Positions 1 through 12,689 of a stretch of DNA of 64,000 nt are shown in pieces (position 1 is the stretch's first letter; every line of letters begins with the position of its first letter). Position numbers and translations under genes: made by a program. The notes beneath the pieces were generated by a model. The model saw only the letters and a program-made list of their open reading frames with translations. It made no database searches and was not told the DNA's origin. This DNA is from Selaginella moellendorffii (Eukaryota; Plantae; Lycopodiophyta). Location: positions 1,807,715-1,871,714 of the forward strand of contig NW_003314284.1 in assembly GCF_000143415.4 (NCBI RefSeq). Direction: 5' to 3'.

Positions 1-3000
1 CTGCCCGATTTACATTTTTCTTTTCCTTTTGCTCAGCTCCTTGTCTTGGAGCTACGGGCTTCTACAATTGCTGTGAGTTTTAAGCAAGAGGACTAATGTG
101 ATCTTGGCTTCCAGGTCTTGCAAGTTCTCGAGACATTGCGAGGTGCTTGGGTCCCGGCCGAGGTGGTACAAGTGAGGCCAGGACGCCGTGTTGTGAGGTA
201 CGAGGACAATGCCGAAGACTTAGAGTCCATTCCAATCTCCGAGTGCATAGATGGCGAAGACGTGGTGCCACCCCACAAGCGAGTCCGCTTGCGTATCAGG
301 CCAGTGCCGCAGGCCCTCTCTTCCACCATCTCGCTGTGGAAGAAGGGGACTTATGTGGATGCGTTCCACAGGGAGGCATGGTGGGAGGCAATTCTTCTGC
401 AAGACACGTCCGGCCACGACTCAACGGTGCTCACCAGAGTTTTCTCTCCGCCGGAAGGGTTTGAGCTCCAGGTGCCGCTGGGAAGGCTCAGGATCTCGCA
501 AGAGTGGGACGAGTGGACAAACTCTTGGTATGTCCGGGGTCAGATGGATCACAGGCTTGAGAAGTGCACGGTGGTGAGGAAGGAGGCCGATCTCGAGGAG
601 AATGTTTCGGTTGCTTCGAAGAGGAAAATGTTGCTTGCTACTGGCTCCATCCAGGCTGCCGACACGCCGCCCAAGCATCCCGTGGTTGTGGAGTCACACC
701 TCGTCCAAGCGATGCCGATGCCGATCCCGATCCCGATCCAGAGGAAGAAGTTTACCATGGCTCCAAGGATAAGTTGCCGCTCAAAGTCCACCTCCGATGA
801 TGAGGAGGATTTTTCGGAGGAAAGCGAAGGCAGCAGGGACAGTGATGCTGTTACCCCGGTGTCTCGGAGCAGGAACGCATCGAAAGCTTCAACGGACAGC
901 ATAAAAGGCATTCTGATGAACTCGGGATGGGTGCTCAACTCCAAACTTCGTCCCGGGACGCAGAGGAAGGATACGTTCTATCTGTCGCCGGAGGGCAAGT
1001 GTTACAGAACACTCCCTGCGGCATGCAAGGAATGGAGTCGGACGCATCCCCTGTGCAAAAGGACTTCGCAGCTCGAGCTCCTGATGCACGACAAGGCGAA
1101 GAAGTGTTCTGACAGCTTTGAATTGCCTGTGGATGACAACGGCAAGCCAAAGAAAAGAAAGGTGACGCTGGACACACCAGACAGCGTGAAGAGGAGAAAG
1201 CACGAGCTGATGGGTGCGTCCGAAAATCTGAGACCAAATAGCGTATCGAAAATGAAGGACAAGAACCTCCGTGCCCGGATGGAGATTGTTCTTCACGACG
1301 TGACCAAGTACGAGGCGAAACGAACTATCTTATCCTGGTTATTAGAGACGAAGATGCTTCACGAGTTTCAGAAGGTTTCGTATGTGGACAAGAAGACTAG
1401 ACAAGTCCTGCTGGAGGGGATTGTGAGGTTCGAAGGCATCGTCTGCTCTTGCTGCAAGAAGCTGTGGAGCCTTTCCGGTTTTGAAGCTCATTCTGGGACT
1501 AGTCAGCGACGAGCTTGTGCGAGCATCTTCAATAACAAAGGGGAGTCACTTTTGGATCTACAGGTGCAGGCATGGGAATTGCTGGACTCAAAAGTAAACC
1601 CGAAGGAAAACGTCAAGGCAGCTCCTTCTGATGAGAACGATGATGCCTGTGGCGTCTGTGGCGATGGAGGACGGCTTATTTGCTGCGATCATTGTCCATC
1701 CACTTATCATTTAAGCTGCTTGCTGCTTAAGGTATGACGACTCTCTAGACGCTGTTTTTTTTTTCTCATTCACTTGTTTTGGTGCAGGAACTCCCTGAAG
1801 GCGAATGGTTCTGTCCTAGTTGTCGGTGTGCGATATGTGGAGGCAGCGAGTACAACGCAGATGGAAGTTCTTTCAACGAAATGACCGTTCTTCTCTGTGA
1901 TCAATGTGAACGTGAATGTAAGTGCTTTCAAATTCTACTGGGTTCGATTGACAGTATACTTGTTTCAGACCATGTTTCTTGCTTATATTCAAGAGGCATG
2001 GCAAAAATGACCAGCTGCCCGGATGATTCTTGGTTTTGTGGGGATCACTGTGACAAGGTGAAGCTACACAATCATGCTTTCAACTGACGAAACTATCATT
2101 TTCTACCAGATCTTTCAAGGACTTCGTAAGCTTGTGGGCATTTCCAACAACATTGGAGAAGGACTCTCCTGGACGCTGCTGCGGTCCGGTGAAGACGATC
2201 TACCGTCAGCCAATAGCATGAACCGGGAGCAAATGGCTGAACACCGAAGTAAGCTTGCTGTTGCACTTGGCGTCATGCAAGAATGTTTTTTGCCCATGGT
2301 GGATCCTCGGACAAAGATTGACCTTGTCACTCACATACTTTACAACCGGGGGTATACTTAATCTTGCATGCTTGTATTGTGTCTTGTACTCAAGATTGTT
2401 TTTTTTTTTTTCTTTTCTGCAGCAAGGCCGAGGTTAATCGCTTAAATTTTCGAGGATTTTACACTGTTGTCTTGGAAAAAGACGACGAAGTTATTTCCGT
2501 CGCTTCAATTCGGTGAGTCTCGTGTATTCTGGGCTAAGGAACCTCACGATTGGTTTGCAGGATACATGGAGGACTCCTCGCAGAAATGCCCCTCATCGGA
2601 ACAAGATTTCATCATCGAAGGCAAGGCATGTGTCGTCGCTTGGTGCGGGCAATCGAGGGGGTAATCTGTGCTGCTTTCCCAGAGTTTTGTCGCTGACATC
2701 AATTTTCCAGCTCCTACAAAGGCTGGGAATCCGAAGTTTCGTGCTACCGGCTGTACCAGAGCTTCTTCACACTTGGAAAAACGCCTTTGGATTCCAGGAG
2801 ATGGCCCCAACCCAAAGGCTTGAGCTTGTGAAGCTGAGTGTTGTATCCTTTCCCGGGGTGACTTTGTTGCAAAAGCCACTACAGTCCTCAGGTAAACTTT
2901 TGATGCACTTCTGCTCTTTTGCCGACCATAAACTATTTGCAGAGCTTCCCGATATCGATGTGGACTGGCTCACGCAAGGAGAATTCGATCCTGTTGATAC

Positions 3001-3492
3001 TTCTTATCTGTAAGGCTACTTCTAATAGTTTGAAATCGATTGATAGTCTTTACCTGCGCAGAAAACCGGAGCAAGATAAACTTTTGGCTGTTACTGTATG
3101 TAAAGAATCTATGGCATGCACTTCAGTCGCGGACGATCCTGCTCCTCTAGCAGTGCTTCCTCGCAAGCTTGTCATTGGCGGGGATGCTTCTCTGATCGCG
3201 GGCCTCCAGACGGTGGACAGCGGCGTTACATTGTTGTCCAGCTTTGTCAAGAACTTTGGCAAGGATAGCTTTGGAGCAAAATTGCCTGTCAAGCTGAATG
3301 ATTCTGGTAAGCTTCTTCTTCGTCTTCCAGTTTGCTGATAAGCTGTTTTGTTTTTTTGTTTTCCAAGTAGGAGATAAGAAGAGTTCACTCCAGCTGACGC
3401 TCTCATCGAAGGATTGTGTTTATGTGCCGCTGGATGAGCCGCCGCAAGCATTGTGGACGTGGGAAGAGCCTGTGGACACTCGCATTTTTTGA
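1..3492 (+). CDS. IDM1-like chromatin protein (Agenet/Tudor + Tify-like/Jas region + two PHD fingers + GNAT acetyltransferase); multi-exon, 5' end probably upstream of the window
   Basis: Agenet-like '[15 protein letters not shown]'; '[21 protein letters not shown]'; PHD '[40 protein letters not shown]'; second PHD '[16 protein letters not shown]'; GNAT '[21 protein letters not shown]', '[21 protein letters not shown]', '[17 protein letters not shown]'. GT-AG introns (e.g. 1732-1788) join the ORF pieces to a stop at 3492. Confidence 0.9.
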
Positions 3493-3719
3493 TAGACAAT
3501 CAGAGCGAAAAAAAAATTCTCTCCAGTTGTGGTGATGCCCGAAAGCTGGGAAACTAACGAGCAAAGCTTGAGATTGAGAAAATCCGCAGGTGGTAGCTTT
3601 GGAAACTTCCCTGTACAAAACCATTCAAAATTCTTACAATGTGGACCCATCGCATTAATTTATTGGGTTCCAATCTTACATATGAGCTTAAAGAATATGA
3701 GTAGTAGTCTCAATTCGTA

Positions 3720-4130
3720 GAATACAACGATATCATGCTCTTCTTCTTTTTCTATTTGAATAACTGCATCAAGGAGTGCTGCCACGATCTTATTCTTGTT
3801 GATTTGTAATTGTATGGATCCACCCTTGCGATCTTATTCAGTTCATCCCGGGTCTTACTCATTAGCACTACCTTAATCTTGTTAGCCATTGGGCCGTGGA
3901 ATCTTGTTCAGCTCGTCTTGGGTCTTACTGATTAGCCCTTTCATTATCTTATTCTTGTTGCTGTAATTGCATGGATCCAAGCCATTGGTCTGTGCAATCT
4001 CGTTCAACTCATATCGGGTCTTCCTAACTAGCTTTTTAGCTTTACTTTCTGTTAGCCACCTTTCATTCACAATCTCCTCCACTGTTCCTTTAGAAGCTTC
4101 AGCACCTCCTTGGATGGAACTCTGTTTGCA
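3720..4130 (-). pseudogene. Degenerate tandem helix-extension-helix (Rho_N/SAP/HeH-like) repeat coding remnant
   Basis: Three related units: KLVRKTRYELNEIAQTNGLDPCNYSNKNKIMKGL / ISKTQDELNKIPRPNG* / VLMSKTRDELNKIARVDPYNYK-fs-NKNKIVAALLDAV, with a stop and frameshifts. The repeats are also visible in the DNA. Confidence 0.4.
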
Positions 4131-4303
4131 AACGCGTGATCCATGCTCACCATGCAGCTCCTGTGCTCGAGCTGATGTAGAAAAAAACAGATTTGTCCGC
4201 AAGTTCGAATCCCACTCTCAACACTCGCTCATTTTTCTTTATTTGAATTATTGGAACGTTGAAGGAATGCATGCTAGGGTTTATTGGGGATTTTCCAGCA
4301 GCC

Positions 4304-5734
4304 ATGGTGGCGCAGCGATCCAAGGCTCCAGTTCCGGCAGCGCCAAGTATGTTTCGCACTGCTATGGTAATCTTAGTTCTTCTGTTTTGTTTCGTTTGTG
4401 CAAAAAGGCAAACGCTTGTCCATCGCGAAAAAAAGTGGAAACGTGAAGAACAAAGCATCAGTGCCGACTAGTGCAGTCAAGACACGGAGAAACAAGAATG
4501 CTGATCCACCTGGTTAGTGAAAAGAAAGAATTTATTTAATTTTTTTCAAAAGCCCATTGCGTAGAACTGGAGCCGAGAAAAGCATCATCCAGGGGCAAGA
4601 AAGCTGTGGAGAATAAAGCGGACAACAGCGATCAAGGTCCCACGAGCAAACGGGGATGCAAGAAAGCGAAAAAACACCCGGAAGAAAAATCATCGCATCC
4701 AGGAGAAAATCACAGAAAAAATGTGAAGTCTACAGCCTTGAAACGGGTCCCGAGCCGAGACTTGGAGGTATACCAGGCTTTTCTTTTTAGTTTCTTTATG
4801 GTGTAGTTCTCTCCAGATCGAGCTTTGGAAAACCGGATTCCATCGCGTTATAGGCGTGGATGAAGCAGGAAGAGGACCCCTCGCTGGTCCTGTCGTTGCT
4901 GCTGCTTGCATCATTCCGGAGGACGTCGATATCCAAGGTGCGTAGCTTTTTGTCTCTCAGGAATGATCATTTATCTCCCTCTTACTTCCCCCAGGTATCG
5001 ATGATAGCAAGAAGCTCACAGCCGAGAAGCGAGAGCAGCTTTACTCGCAAATCACATCCACTCCGGGGGTCCGTTTCTCGGTGAGAGCCTGCCTCTTTAT
5101 CATCCCAAAAACTTTGGACTGACCGGGAGGAGCTTGTCTATGTGTAAGATTTGTGTCGTGGATGCGCCGAGGATCGACGAGATCAACATCCTTCAGGTAA
5201 GTACAACAGCGTTTCTTTTTTCTTTCTTTGCTAGTGCAATTGGAAGGCGTTTTCAGGCGACAATGGAAGCCATGGAAACTTGCGTGGAAGAACTTACAGG
5301 GAACGGACGTGATCATCCGCCATACATACTGATTGATGGAAACAGGATTCCAGGCGGTCTCTCTGGAAAACACGCGAGGAGTGTGGTCAAGGTAATCGTC
5401 GTTCTTCGTCAGATGCGAATGTCCTCTTTACACTTGTTGGTTTGTTCGCAGGGCGACGCCGAAAGCCATGTCATCGCCGCTGCGTCCATTTTGGCAAAGG
5501 TGACGAGGGACCGGCTCATGGAGGATTACGACAAGTATGGTGGTGCTTGCTTACCTCTGACTCTCTTTTTATTTTTATTTTGCCTTTGGTCGTAGGAGAT
5601 GGCCGCTTTACGGATTCAAAGACCATAAAGGCTATGGGACTGCGTCACACACGGCGGCATTGCTGAAACACGGCCCTTGTGACATCCATAGACGCTCTTT
5701 CGCACCCTTGAGAAATCAGATTCTCGATATGTAA
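4304..5734 (+). CDS. Ribonuclease HII (bacterial-type, Lys-rich N-terminal extension); multi-exon
   Basis: '[21 protein letters not shown]', 'IDDSKKLT', '[14 protein letters not shown]', 'ILIDGN', '[26 protein letters not shown]', '[22 protein letters not shown]'; stop TAA at 5732-5734. The start codon is tentative. Confidence 0.9.
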
Positions 5735-5899
5735 ACAGGCAGCTCAAAAAGCTCGGGCGTTTCGCCCGCATTTTTAAGTCAAGAGTATACAAAAACAAAT
5801 TTTCGCCGGCAGACTTCCACCAGTGTTCAGTCGAGTCAAGAAAAACAGTCATGGATGATCGATAAAACTCGAGGAACAAAACTAGCGAGCAAATGGACA

Positions 5900-8800
5900 T
5901 GTAGGTAAGAGAGCTGAAAAAGTTTGCAGGAACAAACTGAAAAAGGACAGTACCTGGCGAAAGCTTGCAATGTGAAGTCTAAAACCCCGAGTCTTGGATC
6001 GGCAGACCGGCTCATCAGCTGAACGCTGACTTTTCTCTCGAATCTCACTGTCCGGTTGCAAAGATCTCGGCTTTTAGAACCTGGAAGTAAAAGAGAGATA
6101 TTTAGAGACATGCCAATAGGACTCCAGACTGTCTACCTGAAAAATCTGTGGTCAAGGTAACTGCAAATGTCAGCAATTGCTTACACGTCTCGGTGCAAGG
6201 TGGTATATGTAATAGCAAGGCCCGGTTGATGGCATATCTCGAGTGCTGACGTCTTCTTCTGCTGGCTATCCTGTACCGCATCACACACGGCCCCTGAAAA
6301 CTCAAATTGTCAGCAAGTATGTAAATGACGCTATGTGAGGAAAAGAAGTCGTCACCTTGGAAAAATCTATGGTCTTGCTCGTGGGTGAGTCATGCGCGAG
6401 CTAGTGGCAGAAAGGCTGCTCGAGCATTAGAGCTTATAAGGTCTTGATTGTTTGGCTCCTGTCGTAAGTAGGCCTGTTTGCAATGGCGAGCGTCTGTAGA
6501 GGCTCGCTTAACTCGGGGAAAATGCTTTTCAAGAGAAAACGCCACTTGATAGTTATAAGCGTCCATCTGCACGCCCCAATCATATGATTCTCAATGCAAA
6601 TGAAGAGCAATGCATAATTACCCCTTGGTGGGAGTACGTTCCCATTTCCAGCTGCTCACGAGATCAGGCCAAAGCGAGAAATTATCTAGCGTTTGCCCTT
6701 TGATTGCATCCATGACCTGTGCAAAATAGACTAGGAGTAAGAACGATGTTTGCGGAAACATATTGATCACCTCGTCAGTTTGAATGACATTGCTGTTGTA
6801 TAGTATTTCTCTGAAATCTGCATCATCGATGGATTTGACCTGTAACAAAAAAAAAGAAGAACATGCGTGGACACGCTTATGACCTGCTCACCTTGACAGA
6901 CAAACCGAGGACATCACCAGCTTTAGACTCGTAGACGGCAGCATTGCCAGTGGAGTTTAGAACCTACAACCAAACAAACACAGTCAACGTATTATTAAGT
7001 TGGTGTAAACTCCTTACCAGTTCCACTAGCATGTTTGAAGATTGCGACCCGGGAATAGCTGCGTTCTCAAACGTGACTTCTCCTGACTGGCTCTCGATTT
7101 TAAAATAATGCACGGCCGCTTGAAACAATCCACCCATAGTTCCCCCCACTTGCAATTGGCCGTGCGCCTACAAGTTACGGTTAAGTTTGGATGATCATAT
7201 GCTCTAAGCATATCTTACCTTGTTGTTAACAAGTAGCTCCACTTGAAAAGTCGCGAGCTTGCTAAGGGGGTTGATTGTTGCATCGTTCTGCTTAGCACGT
7301 AACAAGAACTCTTTGATCTGCACAAAGAAGTGAGACAAAGAACAAAGAACGAAGGTCGACTTACTTTAGCTTGGGCTTGTAATCGTTTCGACGCTTCCAC
7401 CTTGTTGTCTAGATCACATCCTGCAAACCCAATGCCATTAGTTGACGTCAAAGCTCAACGCCATTGTATCCTCACCTCCAAGTCTTAATATTTCTTTCTT
7501 GGCAAGCTCGACCCTTTCGCTCCACTTCTTCTCCGAGTTCTTTAGAACGCTTTCCTGTAGCTTGAATCTTTCCCTGAGATCGCCGATTTCTCCTGACATC
7601 GCTTTAACTTTCTCCCCGACAGACGCCTTGAGTTCTATCGATCTGTCCTTGATAAAAATCAACCTCCCGCAAGTGTCGTGATTAGAACCAGCCTCTTTGA
7701 ATGGTGTTCCTCCAAGGTCGTGTTCGATTGACTGGAGTGCTGCACATAACTCTGTTAAGAGAGGATCCAATTGTGATGCCTGGACTGATAGACTTTGTGC
7801 TCTAACGAGAGCCTTGTCCTTCGTGTCCTTTGACGAAAGAAGCTCCTGTTTTATCTTGTCGAGAAGAGCGATATCATCAGACAGCGATCCACCAAAACTT
7901 TTCCCGAGTTCCGCAGGAAATAGAGACTGAATCGCTTTCAGATTTTGTCTGATAGTATCCAAGTGCTTTCCAGTAGACTGAGATAACCCCTTGTCGTCGG
8001 ATCCCCTCTTCTCGGCCTCCGCCAACTTGTTAGCTATCCCGTCCAACTTGGCAACCATTGAGTCCCGTTCCTTCGCCATTCCGTCGAGCTTAGCAACCAC
8101 TGCGTCCCGTTCTTTCACCATTCCGTCCAGCTTGGTAAGTATCGAGTCCCGTTCCTTCGACATTCCGTCGAGCTTGGCAGCCACTGTGTCCCGTTCCTTC
8201 GACATTCCGTCCAGCTTGGTAACCATTGAGTCCCGTTCCTTAGTCATTCCGTCCAGCTTGGTAGCCATGGAGTCTCGCTCCTTCTTCAAATCCAGGACTT
8301 TTGGAACTAAAGTCGATAGTGCAGCAGCTACCTGTCCCAGTTCAGCTACTCCTTTTGCTGCCTTGGCGCTGCCAACCTCTCCAAAGATCGGTTGTAGTTT
8401 CAGTATCGACGTCTGAAGAGCACCACATGCATCACTGACTTGTTTCAAGGTGGAATCTAGCTGACTGTCTTTCTTCTGACCCATGGCATTCAGCTCGCTT
8501 TCTGCAGCCTTTAATTTACTGCTGGCTGTCTCGCTATCCATCTTCAGTTGTACTACCTTCGCAATGATAATAGGAAGCTCGGCCACTGCATCTGTTCCTT
8601 TCTCTGTTTTCTGAAAGATGGCCAGTAACTCCAACAGGTGGCCATGTCCTTTCTTTAGCTTGGATTCCAGGCGAGTCTTCTCGGTGACAAGAGCCTCAAA
8701 ACATCCCACGATACTTCCAACTTCCTTCTGCTCGTCGAAACCTGAGGTTTTAGTCACTGCAGCTCCAGCAGTTCGCAGAAGGGTGCCATAACTACCGTCT

Positions 8801-10751
8801 TGCAATGAAGAACTCAGCTTGACAAACAGATCTTGCAGTTGATGAAGCTGTTTGCCGACAGCAGCTTTTTCTTTCTCAACGTGTAAAAGCGCATCTCCAA
8901 GTTTATCCTTTTCGAGTTTCAACCTCCTCTGCTTGTTCGTAAGGTCGTCCAAAGTTCTTTCCAGTTCTCGTGCCTTTGAAGCGTTCTTTGTTACGGCCAC
9001 TTCGACGGAAGATTTTTCTTTTTGTAGCATCTAAACACAGCACAAGATTAAATGCTTTCATCGAGGTACAGACAATTACCTGCAGTGATTCCAGTCTCCT
9101 TCGAACTTGCTCCCTGATCACTACTAAGTTAGCTGAAAGAACGTCCACTTTCGGATCTGCCCTTTCAAGTCCAAGATCCTCCCTCAATTGCGCAGTCACA
9201 GAGCCGCATTTCTCGTGCTCGTACTGTAGAGAGCTTGAAAGTTTTCCCGCAGTATCGGCCTTCAAAAGTGAAAATAGAACGATCAGATTTTGGCCCTTCA
9301 AAACTTTCAACTCACCTTGGAAACGAGCAGCTGAATCATCTCTTGAACTTTGTTAAATCCAGCGGCAATTTCGTCCTGAGACTTCTCTCCGGACAGCGCA
9401 CTGAGGTCAACACCTTTTAGCAGTGTCGCGCTGGCTAATGTACGATCCAATCCATTCAACTTATGAGAGACTTCTTCGAGTGCTTTCAAAGCATTCTACA
9501 AAGTTTCACGGTTAGACATTATGGATACTGAGATGTGTAAGAAAATCTTACGAGAGCAGAGTCTCGAAATTTAAATGATTCTTCGGCTCCTTTGCGTAGA
9601 GACTTCGCCTCTTCTTGCAAAGAAGTGAATTCCTTTTCTCTTGATTTCGTATCTTTCAACTGGAAGGTATACATTTTTAATGGTTCTAGTACATTGGCAT
9701 ACGTACCAGGTCATCAAGATCTACTCGTATCCGCAGTATCTTCGCTGCTGTTTTAATCCCCTCTGTCTTTCTAACTGGACTTGACCGAGAATCTGGCAAG
9801 TAGCATGCACTCTATGAGTTCCACTTCGTACTTGATACGGTAATCTACCTATCCTTTGTGTAAAATAGTCCGGAAGATAAAACGTATCGAGCGGTTCGTC
9901 AATGCTTTTCAAAATCTCAGTCATGTCATTCTGGAGCACGTCCAAAGCCGATTCTTTTCTGACATTATCATGTCGCAAATCCAAAATCTGAAAGCCACGA
10001 GGTAATGGTGTGAAACAAAAAGAAAAAGAAAAAAAATAAAAAATCTGCAGACCTTTCGTTTGCTTTCCTCCGTAAAAGCTGCAAGCCTTTTCTCCGAGAT
10101 CTCGACTTGAGCTCTCATGTAGGCCATATCCTTCTCATAGGCCTGCAAAGACAACATTGTAAAACTCCAAAACGATCGGAAACATTCAAAACAAACCTTA
10201 CTGTTGTACTGCAGCTGATGCTTGTACTGCCTGACTTTTCTCTTTTGATTTTCCAGAAGTACTTCTCTCTCATCGGAAAGAACTTCGAGTGCTGATACCC
10301 TGACTACACGTGAAACAAACGCTAAGCGTGAGAAGACACACAGAGGAAAAAAACTTACCTTGCTCTCAAGCGACTGATCAGCTCGTTACTTCGTTCCAAT
10401 TCCGAGTGATACTGCTTCTGCTCCAACTGCATCGCGGACTCGGCCTTTCTAGCCATCCTCCGGTAGAACTCCACACCACCATAATTCTCAGCATATCTAG
10501 AGGTCACAAATAAGTAGCTAGCGACACGAAAATTTTACTTACATGTGATACTGCGTGGCATCCAAAACACCTTGCTTGACCTTCTGCGACAGAGCTGATC
10601 GCTCGTTCTGCCTCGAGTAAGTCTTAATGTAAGGAAGCGACGACTGCGATCGAGCAAAATGATCAAGAACCTGGCCAGACAGCAGGGCGATCGATAGCAC
10701 AGACCGTAGCAGGAGGCGCAAATATCGATTCCGCTGCTGGATCTTCGCCAT
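5900..10751 (-). CDS. Large multi-exon coiled-coil protein of unknown function with internal 14-aa repeat and globular C-terminal region; 3' end uncertain
   Basis: ATG at 10751 (MAKIQQRN...). A chain of short GT-AG introns links E/K/L-rich heptad exons, including a 530-aa exon at 7438-9030. Splice-like structure continues to ~5900, with an in-frame TGA at 6390. Confidence 0.7.
8037..8288 (-). repeat. Coding minisatellite, 6 x 42 bp (KERDSxxxKLDGMx)
   Basis: Six near-identical 42-nt units visible in the DNA (cattccgtc[c/g]agctt...gagtcccgttcctt) and in the translation. Confidence 0.95.
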
Positions 10752-10965
10752 CGGATCCAACTTCCGTGGCGAGGCCGAGTGATGTGTGCGCTCGCCGGCT
10801 CGGCACGCCGCGCCTCCGCATCGACATCTCCCAGCTCGAGAGGAAATATTTCAGATATGTGCCCTAGAGTTTGCCCAGGCAGAATAGAGAGATGAGAAGG
10901 GACAGTGGCAACAAGCTCCACGGCCAATCCCAGCCGCACGATTTAGATGTTTAACATTTTTAAGT

Positions 10966-12503
10966 TTAAACCCTCCGAGAAGATGGGACGAGCTTGAACG
11001 GAGAAGCTCTGGGAACCGTGACCCCGAACGCTTCGGTCATGTCCATCTCCTCCCCGCTCGCCAATTTCCAATCGAAAACATGGATCAAGTTCGCCAGGAT
11101 GAACATCACAGTGGTCATTCCCAAAGTCACGCCTGGGCAGCCCCTCCTTCCGGATCCGAAGGGCAAGTACTCGAAGCTCTGGCCTCTCACGTCCATTCCC
11201 TGGCACTTCTCGAGAAATCTCTCGGGATCAAACTTGAGAGGCTCGTCCCACCACCGCGGATCCCTCGCGATCGCATACGCATTGACGATCACTCGAGTTT
11301 TCGCGGGGATGGTGTAGTTCTCCAGCACGCAAGCCTCTGTGGATTCGTGTGGGAGGAGCAGTGGCCCGGCGGGATGGAGGCGGAGTGTCTCTTTGACGAC
11401 TGCTTGGAGGTACCGGAGCTTTGGAAGATCGCTCTCGTCCAGCATGGCTTTGTCCCCGACCATTTCCGTGAGTTCTTCTTGGGCACGGCGAAGCAGCGCT
11501 GGATCGTTCACAAGCTCGGATAGAGCCCACTCCACTGTCACAGCGGTAGTATCAGTTCCTGCCGCGAGGATGTCCTGCGTGACGCTTGGATCATCGGCTA
11601 GAAACAAGAATAACGAAAACTTTAGCGTACCTGGCTGAGTGATTTGATGGAAGTGTCGCTCAGTTCCTCCATAGCCAGCATCACGTCGAGGAAATCTCCG
11701 TTGCTGCCTGGCTGCTGGCGATGCTCGGCGATCTGCTTACACAAGTACGCGTCCTGCTGCTGGTGGATCCTCTCCATCTTCCTCGCCTGCGGGTCGACCC
11801 ATGCCAACCACGAGAAGGAATCGCTGAGACAACTCGTCCCGACCACAAACGCTTCCGTGAGCAAGTCCTTGAATCTCACCGCCGCCTCCTTCTCGGCCGA
11901 GGTTCCCGTCAAGTAGCTCTTGTTCATCAGCACCTTCGTCATGATGTTGAAGGTGAGATCCGAGAGCTTCGTCGTCAAATCCACCGCCTCGAGCTGCTTG
12001 TCCGACTGCTGGTGGCGAGAGAGTTCGTCCAGCACGAACGCCATCTCGCGCTTCCGAACGGGATGGGACGTCTCCACGCGCTTGGCAGTGAGGAGCTCCA
12101 GCGTACACAGCTTCCTGACGGTCCTCCAGTGTTCTCCATAAGGTGCCCAAACCAGGCCAGCGCCTCCATAGCCGAAGATCTTGCCAGCGACAGTGGAAGG
12201 CCTGGACGAGAAGACGTGGTCGTGTGTCTTGAGCACCTCTCGAGCAGCCTCGGCGGAGGAGATGACAAGCGTCCTGTGGCTTCCGAGCTTGAGGAGCATC
12301 ACGTCTCCATACCTCGAGGCGAGCTTTTGCAAGGACTGGTGGGGGAGCTTGCCGAGAAGATGGAGATGGCCCAGGAGTGGAACTGCCCGTGGCGATGGCG
12401 GCAAGCTTAAACTTTTGCTGCTGCTCTTGCTCGAGAAGATCATACATCCGAGCTTGAAAACCAGTGCCTTGAGAAATGCCAGTGCCAACCGGAGAAACTC
12501 CAT
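10966..12503 (-). CDS. Cytochrome P450, A-type/CYP71 clan; one intron (11575-11630)
   Basis: Pro hinge 'LPPSP', 'WRTVRK', I-helix 'AAGTDTT', 'KETLR', 'FDPERF', heme motif 'PFGSGRRGCPG'; single phase-0 intron typical of A-type P450s. Confidence 0.95.
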
Positions 12504-12689
12504 AACTTTCCCAGATCCCCAGTGACTTAGAACTATAAGAAGATTCCAGAGTGTCCTCTTCGATAAGTCGGAACGAAAGCCTACGAACAAGAATGTGGTG
12601 GTCCAGCTGTCCAATAGTTACTCCGGCCACGCGAGCCATCGATTCATCCAAGAAAAATCGCATTTTGATCCGTCCTGAGAGGAAGCTTG

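Noticed and set aside
8037-8288. CRISPR-like periodic repeat
   Set aside because: Contiguous in-frame coding repeats without unique spacers in a eukaryotic gene; no cas genes.
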